Assembly: GCA_963697775.1 (NCBI GenBank)
Contig: CAVOPH010000003.1
Coordinates: 2,234-66,233 of the forward strand
Source of the DNA: an uncultured Acidobacteriota bacterium
GTDB taxonomy: Bacteria; Acidobacteriota; Vicinamibacteria; Vicinamibacterales; 2-12-FULL-66-21
Direction of reading: 5' to 3'
Length of the DNA stretch: 64,000 bases
Under the pieces are notes generated by a model. The model was not told the origin of the DNA, ran no database searches, and worked only from the letters and a program-made list of their open reading frames with translations. Positions 62,729 to 64,000 of this stretch are shown piece after piece. Within the stretch, counting starts at the first letter, position 1; each line of letters opens with the position of its first letter. Both the position numbers and the translations under genes were made by a program.

Positions 62729-64000
<1,272 letters not shown>

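Overview
GC-rich bacterial chromosomal segment in which every gene I can support except one small lipoprotein gene (56956-57387) is on the minus strand. The gene content (PEP-CTERM protein, futalosine-route menaquinone genes, LpxI, giant CarboxypepD_reg/PKD proteins) suggests an Acidobacteriota-like organism, but that is a weak inference. RIGHT HALF (31.8-64 kb) is core metabolism with recognisable products: a DUF374 acyltransferase-like protein, ETF-QO, etfA and etfB, then fabF-acpP-fabG-fabD-plsX-rpmF-yceD. These are followed by a dGTPase-like HD protein, deoB, hfq, miaA and a TonB-like protein. Next is a menaquinone (futalosine) block: ubiE/menG, ubiX, ubiA-type prenyltransferase, amidohydrolase, MqnC/E radical SAM enzyme, mqnA, a Cys-less MqnC/E paralog and a UbiD-type decarboxylase. 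The half ends with an envelope block: Gfo/Idh/MocA oxidoreductase, lpxI, a fused fabZ-lpxA, skp, bamA and a partial clpC. LEFT HALF (1-31.7 kb) is one co-directional accessory locus. It runs ECF sigma factor, zf-HC2 anti-sigma, exported TPR-CHAT protease, PEP-CTERM protein, then two giant secreted multidomain genes of about 10.6 kb and 14.7 kb, then a glycine-rich secreted protein. Both giant genes are only visible after joining many overlapping ORF fragments across frame breaks. The breaks are far denser here than in the core half, which has two in 32 kb (fabG and ubiA), and most equal one extra base in a G/C run. I cannot tell from sequence alone whether they are consensus errors or real decay. 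The intergenic spacers are also unusual: at least twelve carry tandem heptamer or decamer word arrays, usually as inverted arms. A 131-bp unit is repeated three times inside the menaquinone operon. I recognised no rRNA, tRNA, CRISPR array, transposase or integrase.
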